Shown: positions 44,887 through 56,364, counted from the stretch's first letter. The stretch: DNA of 64,000 nucleotides from Bdellovibrio sp. (GCA_036676395.1 JAKFCY010000002.1:1120001-1184000); one strand, 5' to 3'. Translations and numbers: made by a program. Notes: generated from the letters alone by a model not told the origin.

Positions 44887-46293
44887 ATGCGATTTAAAAA
44901 TCCAATGGTGCAGAAGTTCTGGAGATTTTCTACATCATTTCAATTAGGTATTCCTATTCTTGTGTCATTAACGGTGCTTATCACCGCGGGCACTATTGTT
45001 GAATCAAAATTTGATGCTTTTGCCGCGCAAAAGTTAGTTTATCATAGCTGGTTGATGTACATCACCATGGGCTTATTGGTTTATAACTTAACTATTGTGA
45101 TGGTCGATCGTATGCCGTGGAAGCAGCGACATGCGCCGTTTATATTTGTTCATATCGGGATTGTTCTATTAGTCATTGGTGGTTTTGTAACCCAGAAGAT
45201 GGGCCTTGATGGTTCGATGCATTTGCCAATCAATGGTAAAAATAATTATGTGCAAGTCTCGCAAACTGATTTAGTGGTCTATGCCACGTTCGACGGTGAT
45301 CGCTACACGAAAGTGTACGAAAACGAAGTTGATTTTTTCTTAAATCCTCCCACTGAAGAAAAGCCTTTTATAGTTAATTTGGGCGACAATAAAATCATTA
45401 TCAAAAAATACTTAAAATATGCACGTGTTAGTAAAAAACTAAAAAAATCGACTGACGTGAATGTGGGTTCGTCAGTTAAATTTCAATTGCAAAATGCGAA
45501 CGTGCAGCAAGTTGAAACTTTAACTCAAGCCGCTAAAACGAAAACCGCTGATGTTAACTTTGGGCCACTTAAAGTGGTCTTAGGTCACGACGCAAAAGTA
45601 AACGGGCGCAAAGACCGCTCAACCAATGAAATTTATTTTAATGCTAAAAACGAAACTGAACTTTCTTACGAGCTTTATCGTAAAGAAGAAATGAAATCGT
45701 TTAAATCAGGCACAGTTAAAATCGGTGAAATGATTACGACGGGCTGGATGGGGTTAGAGCTTCGTTTGTTAGACTATCTTCCGCAAGCGACTGAAGAATG
45801 GGATGCGACTGAGGTTGCCTATCCGACGCCGCTAACGAGTCCGGCCTTATTGATTCAATTCGGTGATCGTACGCAGTGGTCACTGTTAAATGATGTAGTT
45901 AAGCTTTTTGGCGAAAGTGAAGCTTATCTTATTAGTTATCAAAATCGCCGTATTGATCTGGGGTTTCCGGTTTATTTAAAGAAATTCACGATGACTCATT
46001 ACGAAGGCACGCAAAAAGCCAAAACGTATTCAAGTGATATTGAAATTGTTCCGGCTGATGGCACAACACCTGTTTCTGGCTTGATTGAAATGAATGAGCC
46101 AATGAAGTTTGCTGGCTACACTTTTTATCAAGCCAGCTTTAATCAAGACGAAAAAACAGGCGAGCCTACGGCTTCGGTTCTTTCGGTAAACCTTGATCCG
46201 GGTCGTTGGGTTAAATATTTAGGTTCTTTAGTATTAACAATAGGTATTGTTTGGCTATTCGTGCAAACGCGCAGAAGAAAGACAGCACAATGA
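44887..46293 (+). CDS. Cytochrome c biogenesis protein ResB/CcsB (system II)
   Basis: GTIVES, three N-terminal TMs with His (FVHIGI), YSS, MNEP...GYTFYQAS, DPG + C-terminal TM. Confidence 0.85.
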   Translation: MRFKNPMVQKFWRFSTSFQLGIPILVSLTVLITAGTIVESKFDAFAAQKLVYHSWLMYITMGLLVYNLTIVMVDRMPWKQRHAPFIFVHIGIVLLVIGGFVTQKMGLDGSMHLPINGKNNYVQVSQTDLVVYATFDGDRYTKVYENEVDFFLNPPTEEKPFIVNLGDNKIIIKKYLKYARVSKKLKKSTDVNVGSSVKFQLQNANVQQVETLTQAAKTKTADVNFGPLKVVLGHDAKVNGRKDRSTNEIYFNAKNETELSYELYRKEEMKSFKSGTVKIGEMITTGWMGLELRLLDYLPQATEEWDATEVAYPTPLTSPALLIQFGDRTQWSLLNDVVKLFGESEAYLISYQNRRIDLGFPVYLKKFTMTHYEGTQKAKTYSSDIEIVPADGTTPVSGLIEMNEPMKFAGYTFYQASFNQDEKTGEPTASVLSVNLDPGRWVKYLGSLVLTIGIVWLFVQTRRRKTAQ

Positions 46294-47945
46294 TTCGTTT
46301 TTTATCGACAGTATTTTTACTTTTACAGGTTTCGTTATTTGCAAATAGCGCCCAAGCGGCTCCAAAGCTGGGTGAAGCTATCAGGTATTTACCAGTGCAA
46401 GATGGTGGTCGCATTAAGCCTTACGACACTTTTGCAAAAGAAGTTTTAGAAGTTGTCTATGGTAAAAGTAAATACAAAACCGAAGCTGGCGAAACAGCTC
46501 CTGCGTATTTGATTGTGTTAACTTGGATGTTGTCGCCAGATAGCTGGACAAATCGCCCACTTTTTGAAGTAAATCACTTTGATGTAAAAAATAAACTTGG
46601 TCTTGCAAAAGAACAAAAATACTTTTCTAGTAACGAGCTTTTTACCACTGATAAATTTCAAAATTTAATGCAAGAATTGGCCGACAAACGTCAAAGCCAG
46701 GAAAAATTAACTCCGTACTTTCAAGCCTTGCAGCGTTTGCAAAATCAAATGGTGTATTTTCGTGAATTAGCTGCGGGCCGCTTATTAAGAATTATGCCCA
46801 ATGCAGAATCTGACACATGGTTGTCTGTAGCTGAGTTGCCAGAAGCGCAGCAAGGCCTATTCATTAGTATCAGTCAAAGTGTTGCGGCGTACTTAGGTGC
46901 TTTGGCAGAACATCAAGATGTTGACGGTGCTAAAGCCACTTTGGATGCGGCGGTTATTGATTTTCAAAAAAGTATAGAGCAGGTCGTTCCGCAAAAATAC
47001 GCGGAGGCTCATAAAGTTGATACCGAAGTTTTTTACAATGATCTTCATCCGTTTCGCTGGACATATATCTTATATATTCTGGCATCGCTTATTTTATTAT
47101 TTATCTGGATTAGAAATTTACAATCGGGAATGACGCTTGTTTGGACAGTAACCTTTCTAGGTTTTTTCATTCACATTTTGGGATTCGCATTCAGAGTTTA
47201 TCTGGCTGAAAGACCACCTGTGACGAATATGTATGAAACTGTCGTGTGGGTTTCTTGGGGAATCATGGTCTTTTCGATGGTTTTAGAGAAGATCTATAAG
47301 TACCGTATCTTTTTATTAGCGGGTTTGCTGATGGGTTTTGTGTGTATGGTTATCGCCGACACAGCTCCTGCGGTTTTAGATCCAAGCATTCAGCCTCTAG
47401 AGGCCGTGCTTCGCAGCAGTTACTGGCTGATTGTTCACGTAATGACTATCACAATCAGTTATGCAGCCTTTGCGCTGGCTTTTGCTTTGGGTGATATCGG
47501 GCTTATTTATTATGCGATTGATAAAGAAAAGCATAAAGAAAAAATTCAGCACATTACAACTGGTGTTTATCGTTCGATGCAAATCGGAGTGGCATTTTTA
47601 GCGCCGGGGATTATCTTGGGCGGTATTTGGGCAGATGCTTCTTGGGGTAGATTCTGGGGTTGGGATCCGAAAGAGACTTGGGCCTTGATTGCTCTTTTGG
47701 GTTACATAATAATTCTACATGCTCGTTTAGTGAACTGGATTCAAAATTTTGGAACGCTAGTTGCCGGCATTTTAACTTTCATGCTTGTGATCATGGCTTG
47801 GTATGGAGTTAACTTTGTACTTGGAGCGGGGCTTCACTCATACGGATTCGGCGCTGGCGGCGTTGAGTACGTTTCAATTTTTGTACTTTTACACTTCATT
47901 TTTGTTGGTTACGTAGCCAGCGTAAAAAAACTTTCTAAGGTTTAG
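46290..47945 (+). CDS. ccsA: Cytochrome c biogenesis protein CcsA/ResC (system II)
   Basis: GRIKPYDT, PVTNMYE, WLIVHV, GGIWADASWGRFWGWDPKETW (WWD domain), GLHSYG. Confidence 0.92.
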   Translation: MIRFLSTVFLLLQVSLFANSAQAAPKLGEAIRYLPVQDGGRIKPYDTFAKEVLEVVYGKSKYKTEAGETAPAYLIVLTWMLSPDSWTNRPLFEVNHFDVKNKLGLAKEQKYFSSNELFTTDKFQNLMQELADKRQSQEKLTPYFQALQRLQNQMVYFRELAAGRLLRIMPNAESDTWLSVAELPEAQQGLFISISQSVAAYLGALAEHQDVDGAKATLDAAVIDFQKSIEQVVPQKYAEAHKVDTEVFYNDLHPFRWTYILYILASLILLFIWIRNLQSGMTLVWTVTFLGFFIHILGFAFRVYLAERPPVTNMYETVVWVSWGIMVFSMVLEKIYKYRIFLLAGLLMGFVCMVIADTAPAVLDPSIQPLEAVLRSSYWLIVHVMTITISYAAFALAFALGDIGLIYYAIDKEKHKEKIQHITTGVYRSMQIGVAFLAPGIILGGIWADASWGRFWGWDPKETWALIALLGYIIILHARLVNWIQNFGTLVAGILTFMLVIMAWYGVNFVLGAGLHSYGFGAGGVEYVSIFVLLHFIFVGYVASVKKLSKV

Positions 47946-47966
47946 TGCGCACTTTTAGCTACACTC

Positions 47967-48003
47967 GCGTGCTTTACTCTTAAGCACGCAACTTCTTGTT
48001 TTC
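47967..48003 (+). terminator. Possible terminator after ccsA
   Basis: GCGTGCTT/AAGCACGC stem followed by a T-rich but interrupted tail. Confidence 0.45.
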
Positions 48004-48086
48004 ACTCAGGGATTTTCATTTGATGATCAAAATCCCTCGTGACATTTGCCCCATGTTGCATTTTAATTACAATATTAAGAAGGGCA

Positions 48087-48677
48087 ATGATTATGCTTAC
48101 TAAATTTCGCAGCACTGTATGCGCGTCTATAGGTTTGTCGCTTACGGTATTTTTTCTTTCTGGTTGTTTGTTTCAAAATCCTGATGGCGGTGAACGCGCG
48201 GGAATTGGCTACAACAAAGGTTATGCGCCTGAACAGCCGATCGCGTTCAGCCACGAACTTCACGTTGGTACACACAAAATTCAGTGTCAGTACTGCCACA
48301 ACCAAGTTGAACGTTCGAAATCTTCGAACATTCCATCGTTAGCAACTTGTATGAACTGCCACCAACAGGTCGCAGGCAAGCCAGGACAAGAAACTGTTCC
48401 AGGTTATAAAGACTCTGATGAAATTAAAAAACTTCGCGATGCCTTCTCTGATGGTAAATCAATTGAATGGGTTCGCGTGCACATGCTTCCTGATCATGTG
48501 TCGTTCAATCACCAAGCGCACGTGGGTAAAGGCGTAAGCTGTCAAACATGCCATGGTGAAATTGAAAAGATGGCTAAAGTATTTCAGCACTCTGATTTGT
48601 CTATGGGCTGGTGTGTGAACTGTCACCGTCAACCAGAAAACAAAGCTCCACTTAACTGTACAACGTGTCACCAATAA
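48087..48677 (+). CDS. actA: Alternative complex III pentaheme cytochrome c subunit ActA
   Basis: PEQPIAFSHELH; five CxxCH (CQYCH, CMNCH, CQTCH, CVNCH, CTTCH); LPDHVSFNH. Confidence 0.9.
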   Translation: MIMLTKFRSTVCASIGLSLTVFFLSGCLFQNPDGGERAGIGYNKGYAPEQPIAFSHELHVGTHKIQCQYCHNQVERSKSSNIPSLATCMNCHQQVAGKPGQETVPGYKDSDEIKKLRDAFSDGKSIEWVRVHMLPDHVSFNHQAHVGKGVSCQTCHGEIEKMAKVFQHSDLSMGWCVNCHRQPENKAPLNCTTCHQ

Positions 48678-48690
48678 TCGAAGCGGGTTT

Positions 48691-51600
48691 GTGATGTCTA
48701 ATACTGAAAATAAAATTCAATCTGATAATGAAAATAGAAAAATTGAAAGAGACTCTACTTACTGGAGATCTTTCGAAGAGCTAAATAACACTCCTGAGTT
48801 TCAAAAGTCTTTACAGACTGAATTCATGTCTTCACCTTTGCGTGAAGAGTCTAAAGATGAAGGCGCAGAAACAGACGGCGTTGCTCGTCGTGATTTCTTA
48901 AAACTAATGGGAGCATCAATTGCCCTAACTTCGGCTGCAGGTTGCATCCGTCGTCCGGTGCAAAAAATTGTTCCTTACAATAAACAACCTGAAGAAGTTA
49001 CCGTTGGTGTTTCTAACTGGTACACATCATCTTACTTTGATGGCCAAGAGGGTTTAGGTTTATTGGTTAAATCACGCGAAGGTCGCCCGGTTCACATCTC
49101 GGGAAATCCAAAGTTTCCATTAAACGGAAACGGCGCTTCGGTTAAAGCTCAGGCTTCATTGCTTGGTTTGTACGAACCAAACCGTTTACAAAAACCTTTC
49201 AGAAATTTATTTAATGAAAAGCGCACCAACAAAGAAACTGTGGGTGTATCTTGGGAAGAATTAGACACTAAAGTTGTTGAATCTCTTCAAAAAGGTGGCG
49301 TTGCCATTTTATCTGGAAACATTTCTTCTCCTTCAACTAAAGCAGTTATTGGAGATTTTAAAGCTGGCTTTAATGCTGATCACTATGTGTGGGAGCCTTT
49401 AGCTGATGACGTTGTTGAAGCTCAAGCTTCTTCATACGGTGAAGCAGTTATGCCAGGATACAGATACGATAAAGCTCAAATGATTGTTTCAATCGATGCG
49501 GACTTCCTAGGTACTTGGGGTCCAACGATGACAAACAACAAACGTTTTGCTGACGGTCGTAGAAATATCGACAAGATGTCACGTTTAGTTTCGTTTGATT
49601 CAACTTACTCTTTAACTGGTGCGAATGCGGATATCCGTTTCAGAATTAAGCCCTCACAACAATTCGATATTGTTATGGGTTTAATCTCTGAAGTTCAAGG
49701 TAACGGTTCGGCTGGTGTCGCTGAAAAATTGGGTATCTCTGCTGAGGCTTTCAAAAAAGTAGCAACAGATTTAGCTAATAACAAAGGTGAATCAATCGTT
49801 GTAGCTGGTGGTATCCAAACTAAAACTAAAGATTCAATGGCGTTACAAGTTGCTGTGAATTACTTAAATTCTATTTTAGGTAACGACGGTAAAACAGTAG
49901 TGGCGGGTGCAGGTAATAAAAATTTAACCGCTTCGTTTGCGCAAATTAAAAATTTAATCGCCAAAATGAATGCTGGAGATGTGAAAACTCTTATCATCTA
50001 CAGATCAAACCCATTCTATAGCTTAAGTGCTGATCTTGGTTTTGCTGAAGCTCTTAAAAAAGTACCTACAGTTGTTTATTCAAGCGATAAAATGGATGAA
50101 ACAGCAGTTAATGCTCACTATGTGGCGACAGATAATCACGCTTTAGAAACTTGGGGTGATTCTGAATTTGCAACTGGTGTTTACGGCATTCACCAACCAC
50201 TTATCCGCACAATGTATGACACAAGATCATTTCAGTTATCTTTAATGACTTGGGCCTACATGGCTAAAGTTGGCCCTAAGCGTATTCAAGAATTTGAAAC
50301 TTATTACGACTATGTTCGTAATTTATGGAAAACAGAAATGGCCGTAAAAGTTGCCGGCGGAAAAGATTTCGAATCTTTCTGGAATGGGTTTTTACAAGAA
50401 GGTTTTGTTGGCGAATTAGCAGCAGCAGGATCTGCACGTACTTTCAAGGGTGATGTTTCATCTCTTAAAAAATCTCAAAGCAGCGATGCCACTTTTGAAT
50501 TAGCTTTATATCCAACAGTAAATATCGGTGATGGTACTTTGGCTAACATCGGTTGGTTACAAGAGTTACCAGATGTAGTGACTAAAATTGTTTGGGATAA
50601 CTACGCTTGTGTTTCAATTAAAACGGCCGAGGCGAACAAACTTCGCGAAGGTGATGTGATTGAATTAACAGTTGGTGGTAATAAATTATCTTTACCAACT
50701 CACATTCAACCAGGTTTACATGACCAAGTTGTAGCGGTAGCTGTTGGTTACGGACGCACTCACGCAGGTGATGTCGCAAAGGGAATCGGTCAAAATGCAT
50801 TTACACTGGCTCAAGGCGGGTTGTATGCGGGCTTACCGGTTGAATTTAAAAAGACTGGTCAAAAAATTGAATTAGTTACGACTCAAGGTCACGATTCAAT
50901 GGAAGGCCGTCAAATCGTTGTAACTGCAACTAATAAAGATATTCAAAAATCTAAAGACGCCAATATTCATAGACACCACACATGGAATATCTGGTCAGGT
51001 CACCAATACAACGGACACAAATGGGGTATGGCGATTGATCTAAATACTTGCACAGGTTGTTCGGCTTGTATGACAGCCTGCCAATCTGAAAACAACACTG
51101 CTGTTGTCGGTAAAAAATATGTTATGCAAGGTCGCGAAATGCACTGGATTCGTATCGATAGATACTACACTGGTGATGTTGAAAATGCGTCTGCGGTATT
51201 CCAACCGTTGATGTGCCAACACTGTGACAATGCTCCGTGTGAAACGGTTTGTCCGGTAGTTGCAACGGTGCATAGCTCAGAAGGTTTAAATGAACAGATT
51301 TACAACCGCTGCGTTGGTACTCGTTATTGTTCAAATAACTGTCCATACAAAGTTCGTCGTTTTAACTGGTTTAATTACGCTAAATTAATCGAAAAGCCGA
51401 TGCACATGGCTCTTAATCCTGAAGTATTAGTTCGTACACGCGGGGTTATGGAAAAATGTACTTTCTGCGTTCAACGCATTAAAGAAGGCAAAAACAAAGC
51501 TAAAATCGAAGAACGTCCATTAAAAGATGGCGATATCAAAGTAGCGTGTGAGGCAGCTTGTCCTACGCAAACTATCGTATTCGGTGACTTAAACGATGAA

Positions 51601-51747
51601 AATTCACGCGTAGCAAAAGTTTTTAAAGCTGAACCACGCGCTTACGAATTATTAGAAGAATGGTACGCAAAACCTTCGGTTCGCTACCAAACGAAAATTA
51701 AAAATAACGATCAAGTAACTCCTAAGAAAGGAGGCGGCCATGCTTAA
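48691..51747 (+). CDS. actB: Alternative complex III subunit ActB (molybdopterin-oxidoreductase-like + Fe-S domain)
   Basis: YWRS.EE, Tat motif [49 protein letters not shown]. Confidence 0.92.
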   Translation: MMSNTENKIQSDNENRKIERDSTYWRSFEELNNTPEFQKSLQTEFMSSPLREESKDEGAETDGVARRDFLKLMGASIALTSAAGCIRRPVQKIVPYNKQPEEVTVGVSNWYTSSYFDGQEGLGLLVKSREGRPVHISGNPKFPLNGNGASVKAQASLLGLYEPNRLQKPFRNLFNEKRTNKETVGVSWEELDTKVVESLQKGGVAILSGNISSPSTKAVIGDFKAGFNADHYVWEPLADDVVEAQASSYGEAVMPGYRYDKAQMIVSIDADFLGTWGPTMTNNKRFADGRRNIDKMSRLVSFDSTYSLTGANADIRFRIKPSQQFDIVMGLISEVQGNGSAGVAEKLGISAEAFKKVATDLANNKGESIVVAGGIQTKTKDSMALQVAVNYLNSILGNDGKTVVAGAGNKNLTASFAQIKNLIAKMNAGDVKTLIIYRSNPFYSLSADLGFAEALKKVPTVVYSSDKMDETAVNAHYVATDNHALETWGDSEFATGVYGIHQPLIRTMYDTRSFQLSLMTWAYMAKVGPKRIQEFETYYDYVRNLWKTEMAVKVAGGKDFESFWNGFLQEGFVGELAAAGSARTFKGDVSSLKKSQSSDATFELALYPTVNIGDGTLANIGWLQELPDVVTKIVWDNYACVSIKTAEANKLREGDVIELTVGGNKLSLPTHIQPGLHDQVVAVAVGYGRTHAGDVAKGIGQNAFTLAQGGLYAGLPVEFKKTGQKIELVTTQGHDSMEGRQIVVTATNKDIQKSKDANIHRHHTWNIWSGHQYNGHKWGMAIDLNTCTGCSACMTACQSENNTAVVGKKYVMQGREMHWIRIDRYYTGDVENASAVFQPLMCQHCDNAPCETVCPVVATVHSSEGLNEQIYNRCVGTRYCSNNCPYKVRRFNWFNYAKLIEKPMHMALNPEVLVRTRGVMEKCTFCVQRIKEGKNKAKIEERPLKDGDIKVACEAACPTQTIVFGDLNDENSRVAKVFKAEPRAYELLEEWYAKPSVRYQTKIKNNDQVTPKKGGGHA

Positions 51748-53107
51748 GCGTAATCCTCTTGTTTTAGGTAATAAAACTTTAAAAGATGTAACTGATGATA
51801 TCTGCGCTCCGATTGAACGTATTCCTTCAAAAGAATGGATGGGTTTATTTTTAGGTGCTAAAGGTTTATTTATATTTTACATCCTAACAATCGCTATGGT
51901 TATCTCGACTGGTATCGGTTTATTAGGGGTGAATCACCCGGTTGCCTGGGGAACGATGATTATCACGTTCGTATTCTGGGTAGGTATCGGTCATGCGGGA
52001 ACTTTAATTTCTGCGATCCTATTTTTATTCCGCCAAAAATGGAGAACTTCAGTAGCTCGTTCTGCTGAGGCGATGACAGTATTTGCGGTTGCAACGGCAG
52101 GTATCTTCCCGTTAATCCATACAGGTCGTCCTTGGTTAGATTTCTGGTTATTTCCGTACCCGAATCAACGGGGTCCACTATGGGTAAACTTCCGTTCTCC
52201 ATTGTTGTGGGACGTTTTCGCCGTATCAACATACGCGACGGTGTCTTCTGTGTTTTGGATCGTGGGTATGATTCCAGATTTAGCCACTGTTCGTGACAGA
52301 GCTAAAAATGCCATCCGTAAAAAAATCTACGGTGCTTTATCTTTCGGTTGGAGAGGCACAGCAAAACAATGGTCACACTTTGAAATGATTTACTTAGTGT
52401 TAGCAGGTCTTTCGACGCCGCTTGTATTATCAGTACATACAATCGTATCGTTCGACTTCGCGGTTTCACAATTACCGGGTTGGCATACGACGATCTTTCC
52501 TCCGTACTTCGTTGCGGGTGCGATCTTCTCGGGTTTCGCGATGGTTATTACGTTGATGACGTTAGTACGTATCGGTTTTCCAGAATTTAAAAATTACATC
52601 ACGATCGATCATATGGAAGTGATGAATAAAATCATCATGATGACAGGTTTGATGGTTGGTTACGCTTACGGAGCTGAGTTTTTAATTGCCTGGTACTCAG
52701 GTAATGATTACGAAAGATACGTATTTATGAATCGTGCGATGGGGCCATATGCTTGGTCATACTGGATCATGGTTTCTTGTAACGTATTAATCCCACAGCT
52801 TTTCTGGTTTAAAAAATTCCGTCGTTCGATTCCTATCATGTTCGTTGTTTCGATTTTCGTAAACATCGGTATGTGGTTTGAGCGTTTTGTGATTACGGTA
52901 ACATCGCTTCACCGCGATTTCTTACCATCAAACTGGGGTCAGTACGCTTGGTCGATTTACGATACAGCGATCTTAGTTGGATCGTTCGGTATGTTCTTCA
53001 CAATTTTCTTATTATATTTACGCGTTTTACCTGCGATTTCGATCGCCGAAGTTAAACCGGTATTAAATGTCGGCAAAGAAGACGAACATCATGGGAAAGG
53101 ACACTAA
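51740..53107 (+). CDS. actC: Alternative complex III subunit ActC (NrfD/PsrC family)
   Basis: [59 protein letters not shown]. Confidence 0.93.
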   Translation: MLKRNPLVLGNKTLKDVTDDICAPIERIPSKEWMGLFLGAKGLFIFYILTIAMVISTGIGLLGVNHPVAWGTMIITFVFWVGIGHAGTLISAILFLFRQKWRTSVARSAEAMTVFAVATAGIFPLIHTGRPWLDFWLFPYPNQRGPLWVNFRSPLLWDVFAVSTYATVSSVFWIVGMIPDLATVRDRAKNAIRKKIYGALSFGWRGTAKQWSHFEMIYLVLAGLSTPLVLSVHTIVSFDFAVSQLPGWHTTIFPPYFVAGAIFSGFAMVITLMTLVRIGFPEFKNYITIDHMEVMNKIIMMTGLMVGYAYGAEFLIAWYSGNDYERYVFMNRAMGPYAWSYWIMVSCNVLIPQLFWFKKFRRSIPIMFVVSIFVNIGMWFERFVITVTSLHRDFLPSNWGQYAWSIYDTAILVGSFGMFFTIFLLYLRVLPAISIAEVKPVLNVGKEDEHHGKGH

Positions 53108-53109
53108 TC

Positions 53110-53637
53110 ATGGCTAAGAAAGCTATTGGCGGAATCGCCGGAATTTTTCTTGATGAAGCTACAACGGTCAACGCAGCAACTCGCGTGCGTGAAGCTGGAT
53201 TTACAAAATTTGATGCGTTATCGCCATACCCAATCCATGCGATGGAAGCAGCCTGCGGAATTAAACGTTCACCGATTCCATATGTCACTTTTGTTGCGGG
53301 ATGTGTGGGATTAATGGCTGCTCTAGCATTAACTTATTATACGTCTGCAGTTGATTGGGCGATTAACGTTGGTGGTAAACCGATGTTCTCGTTACCAGCA
53401 TTTGTGCCGATTATGTTTGAGTTAACGGTATTGTTCGCAGCTTTAAGTTCAGTGGGCGCTTTCTTTTACCTTTGTGGTATTCCAAGAATTGATCCACCAA
53501 TTATTGATAAAGACATCACTTGCCACAAGTTTGCGATTTTCATTCCTGAAAATGACGTAGGCTACAGCGCTGATCGCGCTGAAAAACTTTTAAAAGATTT
53601 AGGCGCTGTTGAAATCAAGAAAATGGCGGAGTACTAA
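53110..53637 (+). CDS. actD: Alternative complex III subunit ActD (DUF3341)
   Basis: SPYPIH, DWAINVGGKP, FVPIMFELTVLFA. Confidence 0.9.
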   Translation: MAKKAIGGIAGIFLDEATTVNAATRVREAGFTKFDALSPYPIHAMEAACGIKRSPIPYVTFVAGCVGLMAALALTYYTSAVDWAINVGGKPMFSLPAFVPIMFELTVLFAALSSVGAFFYLCGIPRIDPPIIDKDITCHKFAIFIPENDVGYSADRAEKLLKDLGAVEIKKMAEY

Positions 53638-53638
53638 G

Positions 53639-54205
53639 ATGAAAAGCTTAATTAATATTTCTATGACATTAGTTGCGGCATCTCTTGCAGCTACGGTATT
53701 TTCTGGCTGTGGCCCTTCGGGCAATCAACCCAATGTAGAGCTTATTCAGGATATGATGGAGTCTCCGGCGATCAAAGCGCAAGAGTATGACGAAGCCTCT
53801 CCGAATAAAGCAGGTATGCGCATTCCGCCAGAAGGCACTCAGCCGCAAGGTTTTGTTCCGTATAAATATTCTGATGCCATTGCGGCAGCAGCTAATCAAA
53901 ATCCATTAGCTGGTCAATACTCTGAAGAAGTTTTAAAAACCGGAACTAAATACTACACAATTCACTGTGCAGTTTGCCACGGTGCTAATGGTCAGGGCGG
54001 AGAACAAGCTTCTGTTGCTGAGACAATGGCTCTTAAGCCACCATCTTTAGTTTCTGATAAAGTTAAAGGTTGGACAGACGGCCAACTATATCACGTGATC
54101 ACTGCAGGGCAGGGTTTGATGGGTCCTTACGCGGCTCACATCCCACAAAAATACAGATGGCAAGTTGTTAATTATATTCGCCACTTACAGGGTAAAGGGA
54201 ACTAA
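53639..54205 (+). CDS. actE: Alternative complex III monoheme cytochrome c lipoprotein ActE
   Basis: Lipobox FSGC, DM, CAVCH, G.G.MG.YA, RWQVVNYIR. Confidence 0.88.
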   Translation: MKSLINISMTLVAASLAATVFSGCGPSGNQPNVELIQDMMESPAIKAQEYDEASPNKAGMRIPPEGTQPQGFVPYKYSDAIAAAANQNPLAGQYSEEVLKTGTKYYTIHCAVCHGANGQGGEQASVAETMALKPPSLVSDKVKGWTDGQLYHVITAGQGLMGPYAAHIPQKYRWQVVNYIRHLQGKGN

Positions 54206-54207
54206 TC

Positions 54208-55404
54208 ATGGGTTCATCGAATCATTCACATGAATTAAAATTAAGTAAATTCGAAGCGCCGCAACAGTTAAAAACTGCAATTTTTGCAGCGATGTTTATC
54301 GGTTTATTAGGATTAGTTTACGGGTTAATGAAGGCACCAGACCGCTTATGGACTTCTTACTTAGTGGCTTTTTTCTTTTTTGCAAGTTTGGCTTTAGGGG
54401 GAATGTTTTTTACTGCATTTAATCATGCAGCCAAAGCAGGTTGGTCAGCTTCAATTCGCCGTATTGCAGAAAGTTTTTCAAGCTTTTTACCGGCGATGTT
54501 AGTTGGAAGCTTTATCCTAATTTTAGGTTTTAAATATTTGTACCCTTGGGCTGATCCTGCACAAGCTCACAGATTAACGGGTGGCAAAGCATTATACTTA
54601 GCCCCGTGGTTTGTGATTTTGCGTTTAGTGATTTTTGGGGTAGGTTGCTTAATTTTCAAAAAGTTAATGGTTGGAAATTCACTGAAGCAAGATATCAATG
54701 GCGACCACTCGTTAACTCATAAAAACGTAGGAATTTCGATTGGTTTCATCGCTTTCTTTGCGATTTTCTTTACGTTGTTTACGATTGATTTATTGATGTC
54801 GTTATTGCCAAGTTGGTATTCAACGATCTTTGGAATCTACTTGTTAGGAGCTATGCTGCAATCAACAATGGCAGCATTAATTTTAATGATCATCTGGTTA
54901 CGCACTTCAAAATGGATGTCTGGTTACATCACTGAAGAGCATCAGCATGATGTGGGTAAATTCATGAAGGGCTTCACTGTTTTTTGGGCTTATATCGCGT
55001 TTTCTCAATTTATGTTAATTTGGTACGCTAATATTCCAGAAGAAACTGAGTTCTACTTAATGCGTTCACACAGTGGCTGGTTAGGCATTACGGTATCTTT
55101 ATTGATCTTTAGATTTGCTGTGCCATTCTTAGCATTATTACCTCGCGATGCTAAACGTAATAACTTTAACGTGGCGACTGTGGCTGTATTGGTTTTAGTT
55201 ATGCAATACGTGGATATTTACTGGTTAGTTTATCCGAATTTCTTTGATGGTGTGCCTCAGTTTGGGTTTCTTGAGATCAGCGTGTTCATCGGTTTTGCCG
55301 GCGTTTTCATGAAGTTAATGACTGGTTTTATGACTAAGAACAATCTTGTAGCGATTAAAGATCCTCGTATGCATGAGGCTTTGAATCACCACGTTACTTA
55401 CTAA
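54208..55404 (+). CDS. actF: Alternative complex III subunit ActF
   Basis: AGWS..IRR, MSL.P.WYSTIFG, HDVGKF, FWAYIAFSQFMLIWYANIPEET. Confidence 0.9.
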   Translation: MGSSNHSHELKLSKFEAPQQLKTAIFAAMFIGLLGLVYGLMKAPDRLWTSYLVAFFFFASLALGGMFFTAFNHAAKAGWSASIRRIAESFSSFLPAMLVGSFILILGFKYLYPWADPAQAHRLTGGKALYLAPWFVILRLVIFGVGCLIFKKLMVGNSLKQDINGDHSLTHKNVGISIGFIAFFAIFFTLFTIDLLMSLLPSWYSTIFGIYLLGAMLQSTMAALILMIIWLRTSKWMSGYITEEHQHDVGKFMKGFTVFWAYIAFSQFMLIWYANIPEETEFYLMRSHSGWLGITVSLLIFRFAVPFLALLPRDAKRNNFNVATVAVLVLVMQYVDIYWLVYPNFFDGVPQFGFLEISVFIGFAGVFMKLMTGFMTKNNLVAIKDPRMHEALNHHVTY

Positions 55405-55432
55405 AAATTAAAGTTATTTCATTAAGTTTATT

Positions 55433-55458
55433 AAAAGCTCGCTTAGGCGAGCTTTTTT
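55433..55458 (+). terminator. Intrinsic terminator ending the act operon
   Basis: AAAAGCTCGC-ttag-GCGAGCTTTTTT. Confidence 0.88.
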
Positions 55459-55564
55459 CGTTTTACGAGATCTCGAGTCGGTCGACGGATTGCGCTTGGC
55501 GCTAGAGCGAATCTATTAGTAATAGACTTGGCTGGAGTATTGAAACTTTAGAAGGCTTCGGATT

Positions 55565-55590
55565 TATAATGTATTTACATTGTAAATTAT
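55565..55590 (+). promoter_or_regulatory. TA promoter -10 with overlapping palindromic operators
   Basis: TATAAT (55565-55570) overlapped by AATGTA-tt-TACATT and ATTTACA-t-TGTAAAT. Confidence 0.55.
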
Positions 55591-55602
55591 TTGGGGTATT
55601 CT

Positions 55603-55896
55603 ATGAATCAGTTTGAATTCGAATGGGATGAAGGTAAGGCGACAGTTAACCTTAAAAAGCATCAAGTTGCATTTTCTGAAGCCATTTCTGTCTGGCTAGA
55701 TTCTATGTCGCTAGAGATTTTTGATTCGGAACACTCGAACGATGAAGAACGTTGGGTACGATTAGGATTGTCGGCTAGGGCAAAGGTGTTAACCGTGGTT
55801 TATTGCGAAATAGTTAGTGGTCATCGAATTCGGCTTATTTCTGCAAGAAGAGCAACTTTGCAAGAAACCAAACAATATTTTCGGGGAGGCGTATGA
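55603..55896 (+). CDS. brnT: BrnT-family ribonuclease toxin
   Basis: FEWDEGK..NLKKH.V.F.EA, EERW...G, RIRLISARRAT. Confidence 0.9.
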   Translation: MNQFEFEWDEGKATVNLKKHQVAFSEAISVWLDSMSLEIFDSEHSNDEERWVRLGLSARAKVLTVVYCEIVSGHRIRLISARRATLQETKQYFRGGV

Positions 55897-56144
55897 AAAA
55901 CGAGTACGATTTTTCTAAAGCTAAAAAAGGGAAAACGGCTAAAGATATTAAAGATCTGAAGGTTATTAAGACTATTCGATTGGATGCTGATGTACTTGCA
56001 TGGCTTGAAGTGGAAAGCGAAAAGCAAGGTATGGGATACCAAACTTATCTGAACTGGTTTTTGCGAAAATCAATGGAAGCCGGTGAGTCATTTGAAGAGC
56101 GTTTAGAAAAGCTTGAGAAGGCCGTCTTTAAGAAAAAATCTTAA
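55893..56144 (+). CDS. brnA: BrnA-family antitoxin
   Basis: MKNEYDFSKAKKG, TIRLDADVLAW, GYQTYLN; ATGA overlap with brnT. Confidence 0.88.
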   Translation: MKNEYDFSKAKKGKTAKDIKDLKVIKTIRLDADVLAWLEVESEKQGMGYQTYLNWFLRKSMEAGESFEERLEKLEKAVFKKKS

Positions 56145-56214
56145 TCACTGTAAAAGTCAGCCTCAAAACCCTTTAAAATGGCATCTTTACGGTTATTTTG
56201 GGGATTTTTGGGGC

Positions 56215-56243
56215 TTGAAATCGGCCTGAAATCGAAGCATACT
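56215..56243 (+). promoter_or_regulatory. Sigma70-type promoter of the thrS leader
   Basis: TTGAAA-N17-CATACT, 6 nt before ATG 56250. Confidence 0.65.
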
Positions 56244-56249
56244 TGATCC

Positions 56250-56282
56250 ATGCTATTTATAACTACGACCACCACATTTTAG
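56250..56282 (+). CDS. Putative Thr-rich leader peptide MLFITTTTTF
   Basis: ATG CTA TTT ATA ACT ACG ACC ACC ACA TTT TAG, 82 nt upstream of thrS. Confidence 0.75.
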   Translation: MLFITTTTTF

Positions 56283-56364
56283 TTCTCTTTCGAATGTCTA
56301 AAGCTCAATATCTTTCTATTATTAAAATTAAATACTACGCCATAAAAAATGGAAGCAGCTAAGA

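Noticed and set aside
48020..48030. FNR box upstream of actA
   Set aside because: TTGAT-G-ATCAA has a 1-nt spacer rather than the required 4
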